DNA from: Mobula hypostoma
Lineage: Eukaryota
Assembly: GCF_963921235.1 (NCBI RefSeq)
Contig: NC_086101.1
Location: forward strand, 10,480,001-10,544,000
Direction of reading: 5' to 3'
Length of the DNA: 64,000 nt
Shown here: piece by piece, positions 39,801-51,056 of the stretch
Layout of the letters: each line of letters begins with the position of its first letter
How positions within the stretch are numbered: position 1 is the stretch's first letter
Made by a program: the position numbers and the translations under genes
The notes under the pieces: model-generated
What the model was told of the DNA's origin: nothing
Seen by the model: only the letters and a program-made list of their open reading frames with translations
The model's database searches: none

Positions 39801-41100
39801 AGTTCTTAAATGTATCATTAATATCAGAATGATTCAAAGTAATGTTCCCACTTCCCATTCAAATTTTTGTAATTTGTTGTTTAGCTTTAGAGCGTCTTAG
39901 TTGGTTAACTAAAAATTTACCGGACATATCACCATGAATATAAAATCGACTCTTACTTTCAAGAAGTTGGCGTTCAACTGGCTGAGTGGAAATGAGGTCA
40001 AATTTACTTTGAAGTTCTTCTCACTTCTTATACAGTTTGGGATTTTTGGTCTGGGCATATAATTGGTCTGTTGCTTTAATTTGACTAAAGCAGATTTACC
40101 TGTGAGTCTCGGAACAGAGGAGGATCGATCCAATACTGGATCAAACCAACAGTTAAAATCACCGCCCAATATGAGGGAATATAAACTCACGTCAGGCAAT
40201 AAAGAGAAAAAAACGATCAAAAAAGTCCACATCATTTGAGTTGGGAGCATAGAGGTTAGCCAAGACTACCCTATTATTATACAGTTTCCCAGAGACAATA
40301 ATAAAATGACCATTTGTATCCGATACTTTGTTGTGAAGCTCAAAGGGAACATTCTGATTAATAAGGATTGAAATCCCCCCCCTGGCTTTAGCCGGAAAAG
40401 CAGAATGGAAGTGCTATCCCACCCAGCTAGACATAAGGCGAGAGTTATCAAAAATACGAATATGTGTTTCTTGCAAAAAAGCAATGTCAGCTTTGAGCTG
40501 CTTAAGATGTGAAAACACCTTCCTTCTTTTTACAGAATGGTTCAATCCCTTAACATTCCAGTTTATAAGATTCAATGGGCTGACCACTGTGATTTAAAAA
40601 AAACATCAAGGGTAGTAGGCAGAAACATCCAAATGACAGCTCTGGGGCAAAAGTATAAGACATGAAAATCAGGACAAAAGAAAGTCCTGAGTAAGAAAGA
40701 ATAACTAAGGGTTGTATAAATAGTGTCGGCACTAGGGAACCCTCCCCTCTCTCTAATCCCAAAGCAAGAAAGCTACCAAAGAACAGCAGAAAGCTCTTCA
40801 GAAAAAAAATTACCTCTAAACCCAACTTCCAGTTTCTGAATATCTTCATAAGCTCCGTTTAATTAACAGTTCATTAAAAAAAGACAACTTATGCACTACG
40901 AATTAAAATTGTACATATAAAAAAACAGTACCATCAAAGAGTATTAGACTTAACTCACCCAAGTAATAATCGAGAGTACCATACCTGTAAAAAACTATCA
41001 AAAAGAATTCAGTAATTAAAAATTTAATTGAAAAAGAGAACAGGGAAATTCTAGTTAAACAGGGAAGCCTAGGTAATTTCTGAGATGTACAGTTCTGGTT
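36861..41100 (-). mobile_element. L1-clade LINE, 5'-truncated, with full-length but disrupted ORF2 (~40590-37125)
   Basis: EN: NWNVKGLN..KRRKVFSHLKQLKADIAFLQETH and GGDFN. RT: SPGPDGF, YRPISLLNVDVKILAK, QGCPLSP, LYADD. C-terminal CDKC..HIYWAC. A-rich tail near 36865. Antisense within the B30.2 gene intron. Confidence 0.92.
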
Positions 41101-41339
41101 ACCTTTCAAAAGGAAGGCTGTCATGAAACTGAGAGGGAATAAAACAGATTTACAGGGACATTACCAGGACTGGAGGGTTTGGTTTACAAGGAGAGGCTGG
41201 GACTTTCCCTGGAGCTGAGGAGGCTGCCAGAGGAAGTTTAAAGGAATAATGGATACATACATCCAAGTGGGACAAGCTCATTGAAGCAAGTTGGTCAGGA
41301 TGACTGAATTCCGCCGAACAGCCTCCCTGACCTCCTTAA

Positions 41340-41540
41340 ATGCCTCCAGTTTTCACTCACCCCATCCTCATCTGGATCCAGTTGTTGCCGCAGCCCTTCC
41401 TCACACCCGTTTACACCACCTACCTCCTCTTTCTTTCCATTTTTGTTGCTGGCTTTCGGCCTCAAACATCGGCTGTCTATCTCCCTCCACACACGCTGCT
41501 TGACCCGCTGAGATCCTCCAGAGTTTTAGTGTGTTGATCG
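41340..41540 (+). mobile_element. Highly decayed Penelope-like pLTR fragment
   Basis: GCTTTCGGCCTCAAACATCGGCTG...ACGCTGCTTGACCCGCTGAGATCCTCCAG resembles the copies at 29733 and 59017. Confidence 0.5.
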
Positions 41541-41754
41541 GGAAAACTCCGCTCTCCATCCAGGTGGAAGAACCTCGGGAAGATGCTGGTTGTCCATCCG
41601 CTGTGTTTGTGTAAAACCCCGGGAAAGGTTCCTGTCGGCCACCGGACTGCGCCTGAGGCCCAGCGGCCTCTCCCCCGGTCCGATCCCGGGGCCGCGCTGC
41701 CCGAGTCTCCCCCCGATCCCCGGGGACTCTCTAATTCTCTGCTTCTCCCCCCAG

Positions 41755-42287
41755 TCTCTGTCACCCTGGATGTGGAAACGGCGCATCCGCTGCTCGAGGT
41801 GTCTGAGGATCGGAAGAGTGTGAGACGGACCGGGACCCGGAGGAATCTCCCTGACACCGGGAAGAGGTTCACATACTGGCCTTGTGTGCTGGGATCGGAG
41901 GGATTCACATCGGGGAGACATTACTGGGAGGTGGAGGTGACGGGGAATCGGTGGTGGTGTCTGGGAGTCGCCGCAGAGTCTGTGGAGAGGAAGGGATCGG
42001 TCACACCGAGTCCGGAGACCGGATTCTGGATCATCGGGCGGGATGGTGACGAGATGAAGGTTCTCACCTCCCCTGAGTCCCGTCTCCCTGCCGGTCCCAT
42101 CCCCGGGAGGGTGGGAGTTTATCTCAGTTACGAGTCCGGGACAGTTTCATTTTACAACGCGGAGACCAAGTCCCATCTCCACACCTTCAATGGGAATAAA
42201 TTCACGGGGAAACTTTATCCTTTCTTCTGGACTGTATATACAAACGAGCGGCTGAGAATCTGCTCCGGTTCCGCTCCGGGTCTGTAA
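41755..42287 (+). CDS. Terminal exon encoding an intact B30.2 (PRY-SPRY) domain, butyrophilin/TRIM-like immune gene
   Basis: VTLDVETAHPLLEVSEDRKSV, RF..WPCVLG..GFTSGRHYWEVEV, W.LGVA, GFW, VGVYLSYESGTVSFYN and LYPFF motifs. Preceded by branch point CTAAT, polypyrimidine tract and CAG (41752-41754). Ends in TAA at 42285-42287. Confidence 0.93.
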
Positions 42288-42351
42288 ACGGGTCGGGTCC
42301 GGGACCGGCGTCAGGAGTAAGTCAGTGTAAATATAAATGTGCGGAGAGTGA

Positions 42352-42357
42352 AATAAA
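42352..42357 (+). promoter_or_regulatory. Probable polyadenylation signal of the B30.2 gene
   Basis: AATAAA 65 nt after the stop codon. Confidence 0.55.
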
Positions 42358-42839
42358 CACGATGTGAGAATTATCCATCCATTAATTTTAACTCGTTTAC
42401 CGCATTGTCAACGGAACAGAAACACTGCGGATTCAGCAGCAGCCGCGGGCGGCGGGTCCTGAGCTCCCCGGCTCCCCCGGGTGCTAAAGTCCACCGGGAC
42501 TGACCGGGTAACTGGGACAAGTGGTGGTGGTGCTGACTGGGAGAGGGAGGTCAGGGTGAGTCTTGGGGAACGGGACAGGGACCGGTGGTAACACACAAAG
42601 TGCCAAAGAATCGGTACAGAAAGGTGGAAGGAAGGGGGAGTAAAAGCTGACAGCTGATCCGGATGAGGGAGGGGTGGAGTGTGGAAATGTGTCAGAAGCT
42701 GGGAGGGGAGAGGTGGTGGAGACAAAGATGATGGAATCTGATCGGAGAGGAAAGTGAAGACTGGAATAAAGGGAGGGAGCTGGGGAGGAGTGTGGGGGGG
42801 AGGGGAAGATGGAGAGGGTGGGAAAGAAAATGGCCACAC

Positions 42840-43900
42840 GCTTCCTGTGGGATTATCATTGTGGAATTGGTTTCTTATTCCCTTAATCTTCCTGGTGGCC
42901 TCTAGGATGTGATCTGTGAAGTGAGTTCTGCTGTCCTGATTCATGTCGTTTGTAAGTGCAACATTCTTGTCCAATCCGGGCACACATGGTTCCTTTCTCG
43001 GATAAAGCAAAATCCAAAGCCGTTTGGGTTTGCAATGCCACTGTATGGACCGGCACCAATTCTGACGACAATTTAGATATTGCTTACTGGCTTGGATCGA
43101 GAGCATATGCAGTTTAATTTACGAACTTTTCCAGTGCTGATGTCATGTTAATCAGTTCCTGTGCTGCTTTACCGGTTCCCGAGGCAAGTGTTACATTCCC
43201 CAGGGACAAGAGACTCCTGGATAGGAACATGGAGCTGAGGAAAATCGAGGGCTGTGGGTAAGCCTAGGTAGTTCTCAGGTAAGGACATGTTTGGCACAGC
43301 TTTGTGGGCCGAATGGCCTGTATTGTGCGTAGGTTTTCTGTGTTTCTATGTAACACTAAGTCCTTTTTACCCTGGGGTTATTGTCTTACAGATGTATATA
43401 CCATCCTCTGAAACACTGGTTGTTTCCAAATTTACATCCCCATCCCCAGTGACATTCTGGCCATCCGATAAGGGGATGGAGGGTCTATGTTTCTCAGTCC
43501 CATCGTCATTGTACCAGAAATACCCTGGGCTGAGGGCTCGGACCAATTAAAGTCACAGTTCATCTCTGTTTCAGTGAAGGACACATCCATTTCTACATGT
43601 GCCAGGACAGCCGTACACACCCAGCAGCCTAAGTGTTCGTGGCAGGGAAAGGACACGATCTAATCCAACAGCCATGGTTAGGCACCATCTTACAGTGAGA
43701 GGTGTGAATCCATGACGGTTTGTCTCTTACCTTGATGGCTGTGTTAGTGACCAGCAAAACCTGAAATGGTCCTTCAAATCGAGGTTCCAAACAGTTCTTT
43801 CTTTTAAATGTCCACACCAACACGTAGTCTCCGCGTTCAATGTCGTGGCATTTAAGGCCCACACGACTGGTTTCTGGGCTTTTACCTGTTGATGACATTT
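42840..43900 (-). mobile_element. Decayed gamma/epsilon-type endogenous retrovirus fragment: integrase C-terminus plus env (SU and TM remnants)
   Basis: IN: GDYVLV...LEPRFEGPFQVLLVTNTAIKV...WIHTSHCK. SU: CWVC. TM: ELINMTSALEKFVN...VALQTQTALDFALSEKGTMCARIGQECCTY (immunosuppressive domain and CX6CC). A CR1 3' piece is inserted at ~43205-43350. Confidence 0.85.
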
Positions 43901-43904
43901 AGTG

Positions 43905-44160
43905 ATGCTGCCCGGCTTTCATTTCTCTGGTAGCTTTAGCAGTCGACCAAGTGCTCTCGTAGTGCAGCCTACACCTGAGACCAACTTATGCACAGAAAGA
44001 TCCTAGGTAGCCACCATGGACAGTCCCCAGCCCGGCTACAAAGGAAGGAGGGTTGGGCAGGGGGAAAGCAACCCCATCCCGTAAAATCCCAGAGCTACAG
44101 AGACACCAACAGAAGCTCCAAAGACCTCATCCCTGGGAGAGGAAGGATCTACAAATTCTT
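43905..44160 (+). mobile_element. Probable RTE-clade LINE 5' UTR fragment
   Basis: GGAGGGTTGGGC...AACCCCATCCCGTAAAA motif resembles RTE 5' ends. No ORF support. Confidence 0.35.
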
Positions 44161-44479
44161 GACCCACACTGGGAAATCCTGTTTTACATCATTACAGCTC
44201 CTTGTGTGGGTTCGGTCTAATAACACACACTGTAATTCTATCCCGTTGCCTTCTCATTTGTAATCTTGACTTCCTTCGATACCAAATGCTGTAAATGTGT
44301 TCTTCACTCTCTGACAGACAGATTCAAGTCGGCTGCTAACCAGGTTTCTTTTCAAAGCCTTTTCCCATTTTCCCCCCGGACTGGGGAATCGAGAACTGAT
44401 CGTATAAAGTGAGAAGGAAAAGATATGGCAGGAATTTTCACACACAGGGTGGTCAGCCATAGGAGGTATTTCCCAGGGC

Positions 44480-44610
44480 AGAAACAGCTGATAGAGGGAG
44501 CATAATTTTAAGAGATTGGAGGAAAGTATAGGGGGACGTCAGAGGTAGATTTTTTACACAGAGAGTGGCGAGTGCGTGGAACGCTTTGTAAGGGTGGTGG
44601 TAAGGCAGAA
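44480..44610 (+). mobile_element. Short CR1 3' fragment
   Basis: AGAGGTAGATTTTTTACACAGAGAGTGG...GCGTGGAAC corresponds to RGRFFTQRV..AWN. Confidence 0.7.
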
Positions 44611-47120
44611 ACAAAATGTTGTAACTGCTCGTTAACTTACAAAATGTTGTCAGCTGAAGTCGCTCATTTTGACCTTCTCAAGGGCAGTCGATGGGCAGTG
44701 AATGTTGTTCCTGCTGCCGATGCCCACATTCCGGACACAATAAATTCTTGTGCCTGTTCCCAGCAATTACATTTTGTTTCGGCGCTTCCTGCAGTACCGG
44801 TTTCCAGCAGCAGGCGGCGGTCCTGCACCGTGAAACTGACCTCTGGGCCGCTCGCCATCCCCACCCTCTGGTTGAAAGCGGTACTGCAATACACTGAATT
44901 TCATCCCGGTGGATCGCGAAAAAAATGAAAAATAAATACACAAATACTATTGTAATGTGAGCATTATAAAAATAAGTAATACTAATTAGGGTAATGGTAA
45001 TATAACAATACTCCCGGTACTCAAAGTTGTTTGTAAAGAGAAGTTGTTTCCGGGTTGCGGGGTTTTAGTTCCGTTCCTTCTACGCACTGCGGTCGATCAG
45101 ACCGGAAGTAAAACCCTGCAACCCGGAAGCAACCTTTTTTTAAAATTATATTTTTATTGAACACATACAAAAACACTAAACATACGCTAAAGGGAATCAC
45201 ACATAAGCAGCAACAAGTATATAACTGTCAACTTTAAATATACAAATAAACAAGAAAATCCACTCTAAATACTGTTGGACAGAAGGAACTATATCTGAAA
45301 GGAGTCAGAAGACAGAAACATTTACAGAAATTACTTAACCGGAAACGTTGACAAATTTGTACAGTCTCTACAGCTTTCTGGTTATGGGAGGTTTTCAGAG
45401 TATTAACGTATAGTTTGAAGTCTGACATAAAAAATATCAATGAAAGTTTCTTATTGCTGTTTTTGAATTTATGGATATAACATTTGCTGTAAATTAACAA
45501 AAGATTCATGATAAAGAAATGATCCCTGTGAGATTTGGTATTATTATTAAACCCAAATAAGACATTTTCAAAGCAAAAAGTAAAACCCGAAATGTTTTAA
45601 CATATTCACAATCCCAAAACAGATGAATTAAATCCTCTGGATATAAACCACAAAAAGAACAGTTAGTCTCAATATCAGAATTAAACTTGTCAAATAAACA
45701 TTGGTTGGATAATATCTTTGTATAATTTTAAATGAAATTTCTTTAATTTTATTCCTCAATAAAAATTTATTAAATAAGCCCCAAATACTCCCCCACCTCA
45801 GATTCCAAAAGCGACTATTTGAAAAACAAGCAGCCGTAGGTATAGAAGTAATGTCTTTTTGAAACAGACTTCGAAGACCTCTATAATTTTTTTTTAAAGA
45901 CGAAGGAAAACAAATCTTTCCTGCAGCTCTACTGGATGGATCCAAGCTGGGTAATTCAAATACCGAATATGATGTATTTCTAAACAACATAATTACACCA
46001 GAGGGAATTGCATCCATAACAACAGCAAATTCTTTTGGAGTCACAGGAGCTTCAAAAGTGGATTAAAAACTCAGTATAACTCAATAAAGTACCACTTGAA
46101 ATAAATAACTGTTTAACTAACAAAATATTATTATCAATCCAATCTTTATGAAACAAAGATTCATTCTTATAAGTTATGTTGTGGTTATTCCAGATAAAGT
46201 AACTATAAGGAGAAAAATTGTGTTTGTAAATCAAAGACCAAGATAAAAGCATCTGTTTATGAAACTGAGATAAACAGAGAGGAACTTTGTCTATTTTGTA
46301 ATTACATAAAATAAAAAATTTCAATCCACCAACCTGGGAAAAGACAAAAGAAGGAATACAATTCCGTATAGAAGTAGGATTACGTAAAAATTGCTTAATC
46401 CAAATAATTTTAGAAGTGTTATTAAGACTCTCAAAATCAAGAAAATTTAGACCCCCTTGTCATAACTATTCATGAGAGCAGATTGTTTATATAATGAACT
46501 TTATTTTTCCATAAAAAGTTAAACAACATGGTGTCTATCATTTTACAGATTTTTTTTAAATTGACGTATAAGGGGAGAGTTATATATACAAGCCTGGAAA
46601 GACCTTCTGCTTTACAAAGCAAAACCTGGTCTTACAAAGATAAGTCCCTTTGAAGCCACTGGTTTAATTTATTTTTGGTTTTGTCTATAAGAGGTTGAAA
46701 ATTATCCACACACCTTAAGTATTCGTTTTTAACAATAGTTATACCCAAATATGTAACTTTGTCTTTCACTGGAATATTATTGATTATAGATTGAGCACAG
46801 TCTTTAAGAGGAAACAATTCACATTTGTGAATATTTAAACAGAGGTCTGAGGCTTTGGAAAAAACAGAAATACAGTTTAAAGCCAACGAGATTTCTGAAG
46901 CATCGTTTAAGAAGAGAGTCGTATCGTCTGCAACCTGACTAATCAGAAAATTGGAATTTGCACAGGAAATGCCTTTCAGAGGACGAGACTTGATGGAATA
47001 GGTGAGCAGCTGAGCACATAAAAGGAATAAATAAGGTGAGATAGGACGACCTTGTCTCACCCCGCTATTCACATCAAACCTCGGTGAAGCCCCCAACTTC
47101 AACTTTATAGAACTATTAGC

Positions 47121-47680
47121 AGACATCCCACCTCTGCCGGAAGTTCTGGGAGTCTCCCACAAATTAATAGTGGCTCCCTGATGCCTGCAAATTATATACA
47201 ATGTCCCGGAAATCAATTTTTTGAGAGCGAGCAAGCGAGAGAGAGAGCGTGAGAGAGACCACGAGAGCGAGAGAGAGAGCGTGAGAGAGACCACGAGAGC
47301 AAGAGAGAGCAAGAGCGAGCACGTGCCATGGCAGAGTGTTCCAAAATAAGAAAATATAAAACATACGTCACCCCAGACTACACTAAAGTGTACCCCTGCC
47401 TAATGGGGGTCAAAATAATGACAGTGTTGCTCGCTGCACTGTTTGCAACAGTGACTTTTCTATTGCCCATGGTGGGTTAAAATGTAAAAGACGTGTTGAA
47501 GTGAGTTTAACAGCTGTCATTTGTTCATTAGCATAGTTAACATTATTTAAACTAGCTGGCTAGCTGCTAAAGAGCTACTCTATATTGCAGACATCCCACC
47601 TCTCCCGGAAGTTCCCGGAGTTTCCCACAAATTGATGGTGCTACCTTCCTGAAATGAGTTTTTGCAGGGTGGGATGTCTA
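47121..47680. mobile_element. Non-autonomous DNA transposon (MITE) inserted in the Tx1 RT
   Basis: TIRs AGACATCCCACC (47121) and GGTGGGATGTCT (to 47679). TATTAGC is duplicated on both flanks (6-8 bp depending on boundary). Removal restores the LINE frame ..CTNANSSIKLK.. Confidence 0.85.
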
Positions 47681-47815
47681 TATTAGCGTTTGTGCACAAA
47701 ACCTTAACAGCCTTACAAAATAATGGACTAAATCCAAATTTACCAGGAGCAGAGAAGATAAACTGATGCTCAATAGTATCAAAATCTTTGTAGAAATCTA
47801 AAAACAGTATAAAAC

Positions 47816-48366
47816 TGTTGTAGCGTGGATGAAATAGCCGGAGAGACAGAGTCACTGGTAGATACAAAGCAGCTTCTTTATTCCACACAACAAGGTACAG
47901 CAGGCATCTACGGACGGAGACGCTTTCGGGAGAAAGGTCTGCTAGCCCAATGTGGGCTCGGTATTTATATGCTAAACACAAAGGCAATCACTACTTGAAA
48001 AGTTATAGACAATGCTCCCTATTGAAGCTACATACAAAATATCACCCCACCTAACTCCATCCTTTCCTTCCGACGCCAACATGTCTGGGTTGGTATCCAC
48101 AGCCTTTAAGAATGCAATTAAAATCCACAATACATTTATTTGGCATTTTACATGCTAACATAGAAGAGAATTAATATTTATAAAGTATAGATAACACTGT
48201 CTTCGAAACTACAGCATCAGGTCAAACCAGAAGCATCTGGTATTCACACCGTTTTAGGAAGCGCATTGTTGTGCACTCCATCTACAGTACTTTGTCAAAT
48301 AGAAGTCTGGTGGCCAAAGTCATTTAAGTGTAAACAAATCATCTACCCAAAAAACTCACTCTAACA
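47816..48366 (-). repeat. 3' LTR (551 bp, TGTT...AACA)
   Basis: Direct repeat of 52884-53454. Manual comparison gives ~15 substitutions plus indels of 11, 8 and 1 nt. Confidence 0.95.
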
Positions 48367-48386
48367 GTTCCTCCTATTGACCCTCC
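48367..48386 (-). promoter_or_regulatory. Polypurine tract candidate
   Basis: Minus strand GGAGGGTCAATAGGAGGAAC directly abuts the TG of the 3' LTR. Confidence 0.65.
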
Positions 48387-49036
48387 TGGATAAAATTAAA
48401 TTTGTATCAGGAAAGGCCAACCTAGGAGTATCTGCTCAAATAGGGCAGCAAAAATGCCCAGTCTTGAAATCCACCTCCCACTTCCCCCCCACAATCTTAT
48501 GTACCTCTATCTATCCTGGCATTACCTAATCGCAACCTACCAAATATTAAGCAGTGAGGCTGTTCCAAGTCTTTAGAAAAGCGGCTCCTTTCGTGTGCCT
48601 GTCGCTCCCCGCAGGCTGACTGCAGCTTAATCACATTCCTTTGTCTTCAGTGCTTTATCCTCTGGTCACTGAAACTCTCCTTCCATGAGCACCCACAGGC
48701 TCTCTCATCGATGTACAGGAAGGGGTTGGGGTGGCCTCTACGTAAATGTCTGCAAGGACCTCTCCCCGGTGGCACCCCCTTCCGAACTGTTCGGTCGATC
48801 ACTGACTCAACTGCTGAAAAGGGCCCAGCTCCTCAGACTCGGGGTGACTGCTTTCAGATGCCATGTGCAGTCTGAAATGCCATCGAAGTGGTGGAACTTA
48901 CCGTCTCTGCTTTAACTCAAAAAATCCCTCCCCATCTATTTCCCAATACATTTTTATACTATGCTATAAAATTAATCATCTACCTTCAGCAACCAGCCTT
49001 CTTTACAGAGTACCATCATCATCACACTTTAGCAGG

Positions 49037-50992
49037 CTATTCATGGTTTTCCAACACGTTCTCAGTGTCTTCTGCAACGCTCTCGGCATTTTCTGCCTTT
49101 GCGTTCCCTCCGGGTATGTTTTCATCAGCTGTGGTCAGGTCTGGCATGGCCGGCTGGTGTTCCTCTCTTAGGTTCTCTGTAATTACATGGTTACTGGGTA
49201 CACTTGGTTCCCCGCTCTGTCTGTGGGAGCAACAAGAGGGTGAGTTGTATGCTTTAACCTGAGTCCAGTGTTTCCACTGGCTGCCTCGCCGAGTCTGTAC
49301 ACAGACACACATATCATTGGTTAAGAGTACCGTCTGTGGTCCTATCCGCCTGGGGGCAAACCCCGGCCTTTCTGGCAGCACCCTCACCATAACTTGGTCG
49401 CCGGGCTGTGGAAGGACTATCCCCTTTCCCTCTGGCTCTCTCTGATCAGCGATTCGCTGCTGTTGTTTCGCTCAGTCCTTTAATACTTTAAGTTGATTAC
49501 AAAGGTCTTTCACATATTGGGTCGTTCTATCCCTGTAAGCCCCAGGCTCCCCACAACCCGTAATTACCCCATAGGGGAGTCGCATTGCTCGCCCCATCAA
49601 TAGTTCGTAGGGGCTGAGACCCAAAGTGTGGTTTGGGGTTGCGCGCAATCTCATCAGGATTCCTGGTAATACATCCACCCATGTCTTTCCTGTCTCAGCG
49701 ATAGCTTTGGCTAACGCATTCTTGATTGTCCAGTTCATCCTTTCTATCATCCCTGATCTCTGGGGGTGGTAGGGTACGTGGAACCGTTGTCGAATCCCCA
49801 GTAGTTGGCACATTCCCTTCATCACTTTCCCCGTGAAATGTGCTCCCTGATCTGAATCCACCTGAACTGGGGTTCCCCACCTTGGGAGGATTTCCTGAAC
49901 TAGGATCCATGCAGCGGTGCGGGCGGTGCAGTCCCTCGTTGGGAAAGCGTCTACCCACCGGGTGAAGTGATCCTTAATTACTAGACAGTAGCTTTCCCTC
50001 CTGCTTTTTGGCAGGGGCCCTGTGAAGTCTGTCTGGATGTTTCTCCAGGGTCCCCTTGGCCGAGGCTGATTTGCCAGCTGTAGCTTTCTGCCCTTACCAG
50101 GGTTATGCTGGGCACAAATGATACAACGGCGGCAGAATTTCTCAACATCCCCACCCATCCCTGGCCACCACCAGTCCTGCCGGAGGGTTGTGATCATGCT
50201 CTGCCTTCCCTGATGCATCACCCCATGATATAACTTTAGTAGTATCTGTCTAATACAGGGTGGGGCCACCGCGGCTCTCTCCTCCCCGTGTGTCCAGCAC
50301 CCATCTGGTCCCTCCTTTGCTCCCTTTCTCCTCCATTTTTCCGTCTCTTCTGCCTCTACCTCTTCATATAATTTTACTAAGCTGGCTTCTGTCGTTTCCT
50401 CCTGCACACTTGCAATTTCAATTGCCTCTTGTTCCCCTGCTGCTTTATTCGCAGTAATGTCTGCCCTCGGAGGAACTGGGAGAACTTTATGTTCTGGAAC
50501 GGCCGCAGTGAGTATCCCCTGGTGTTTTTGTTCCTTCGCTATACTCTGAACAGCGGTCAGTGTGTCAGTTTGTATAGGGTCCTGCTGAGGGGGTTTATAC
50601 AGACCCTCCTCTATTTTAACTGTGTCTATCTTTACCTGCTCACAATCTTGCTTGTGTATTCTGTTGGTTGTGTGCGTTTGCTGCCCTTGACTCGTCCATA
50701 TTACTTCTCTCTTTCCCGAATCTATAACAGCTCCTGCTTCCCTTAGGACGTCTATTCCAAGAATCATGCCCTCATTATTTGGACATACCCAGAGATACAC
50801 TGGAATCTGCACTGCCCCGATTTCTAGTATTTGCTTCTCGCTTCTTTCTGCTTTTACTGTTTTCCCTCCTACACCCCCGATATAACTGTCCTGTCCGGTT
50901 GTTGGTGAGGGTAAGTCTGTTATCGACACCGATGCCCCTGTGTCCACTAACATATTGCATTGCCGTCCCCCTAACAATGCTGTTGTGTACAT
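49037..50992 (-). pseudogene. pol: Retroviral pol with in-frame protease-integrase fusion; 506-aa ORF plus 144 further codons after one in-frame TGA (49472-49474)
   Basis: PR: LVDTGAS, IGGVGG, ILGIDVL. IN: HGVMH..CIIC, QTDFTGPLP, DSDQG-35aa-E. C-terminal PGDQVMV..PRRIGPQTVLL..WKHWTQVK follows the stop. No YxDD or RNase H core. Confidence 0.9.
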
Positions 50993-51056
50993 GCTGAGTC
51001 ACCAACACTGGCAGTGGAGCTGCCATATCCTTTACTGCCTTAAGAGGCGCTGTTAC

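Noticed and set aside
41583..41754. N-terminal 57 aa of the 234-aa ORF as a single-exon B30.2 protein
   Set aside because: It runs through a branch point, polypyrimidine tract and CAG placed exactly at the usual B30.2 exon boundary, so it is most likely intron. Not formally excluded.
42408..43106. 232-aa minus-strand ORF as intact env or host gene
   Set aside because: Chimeric read-through of an off-frame env remnant, purine-rich repeat sequence and GC-rich flank.
44160..44480. Possible gag/pol remnant of the env-bearing ERV
   Set aside because: No diagnostic motif recognisable in any frame.
46632..47987. ORFs 46632-47312 and 47580-47987 as novel fusion proteins
   Set aside because: They read across MITE/LINE and LTR/LINE junctions; only the LINE RT parts are meaningful.
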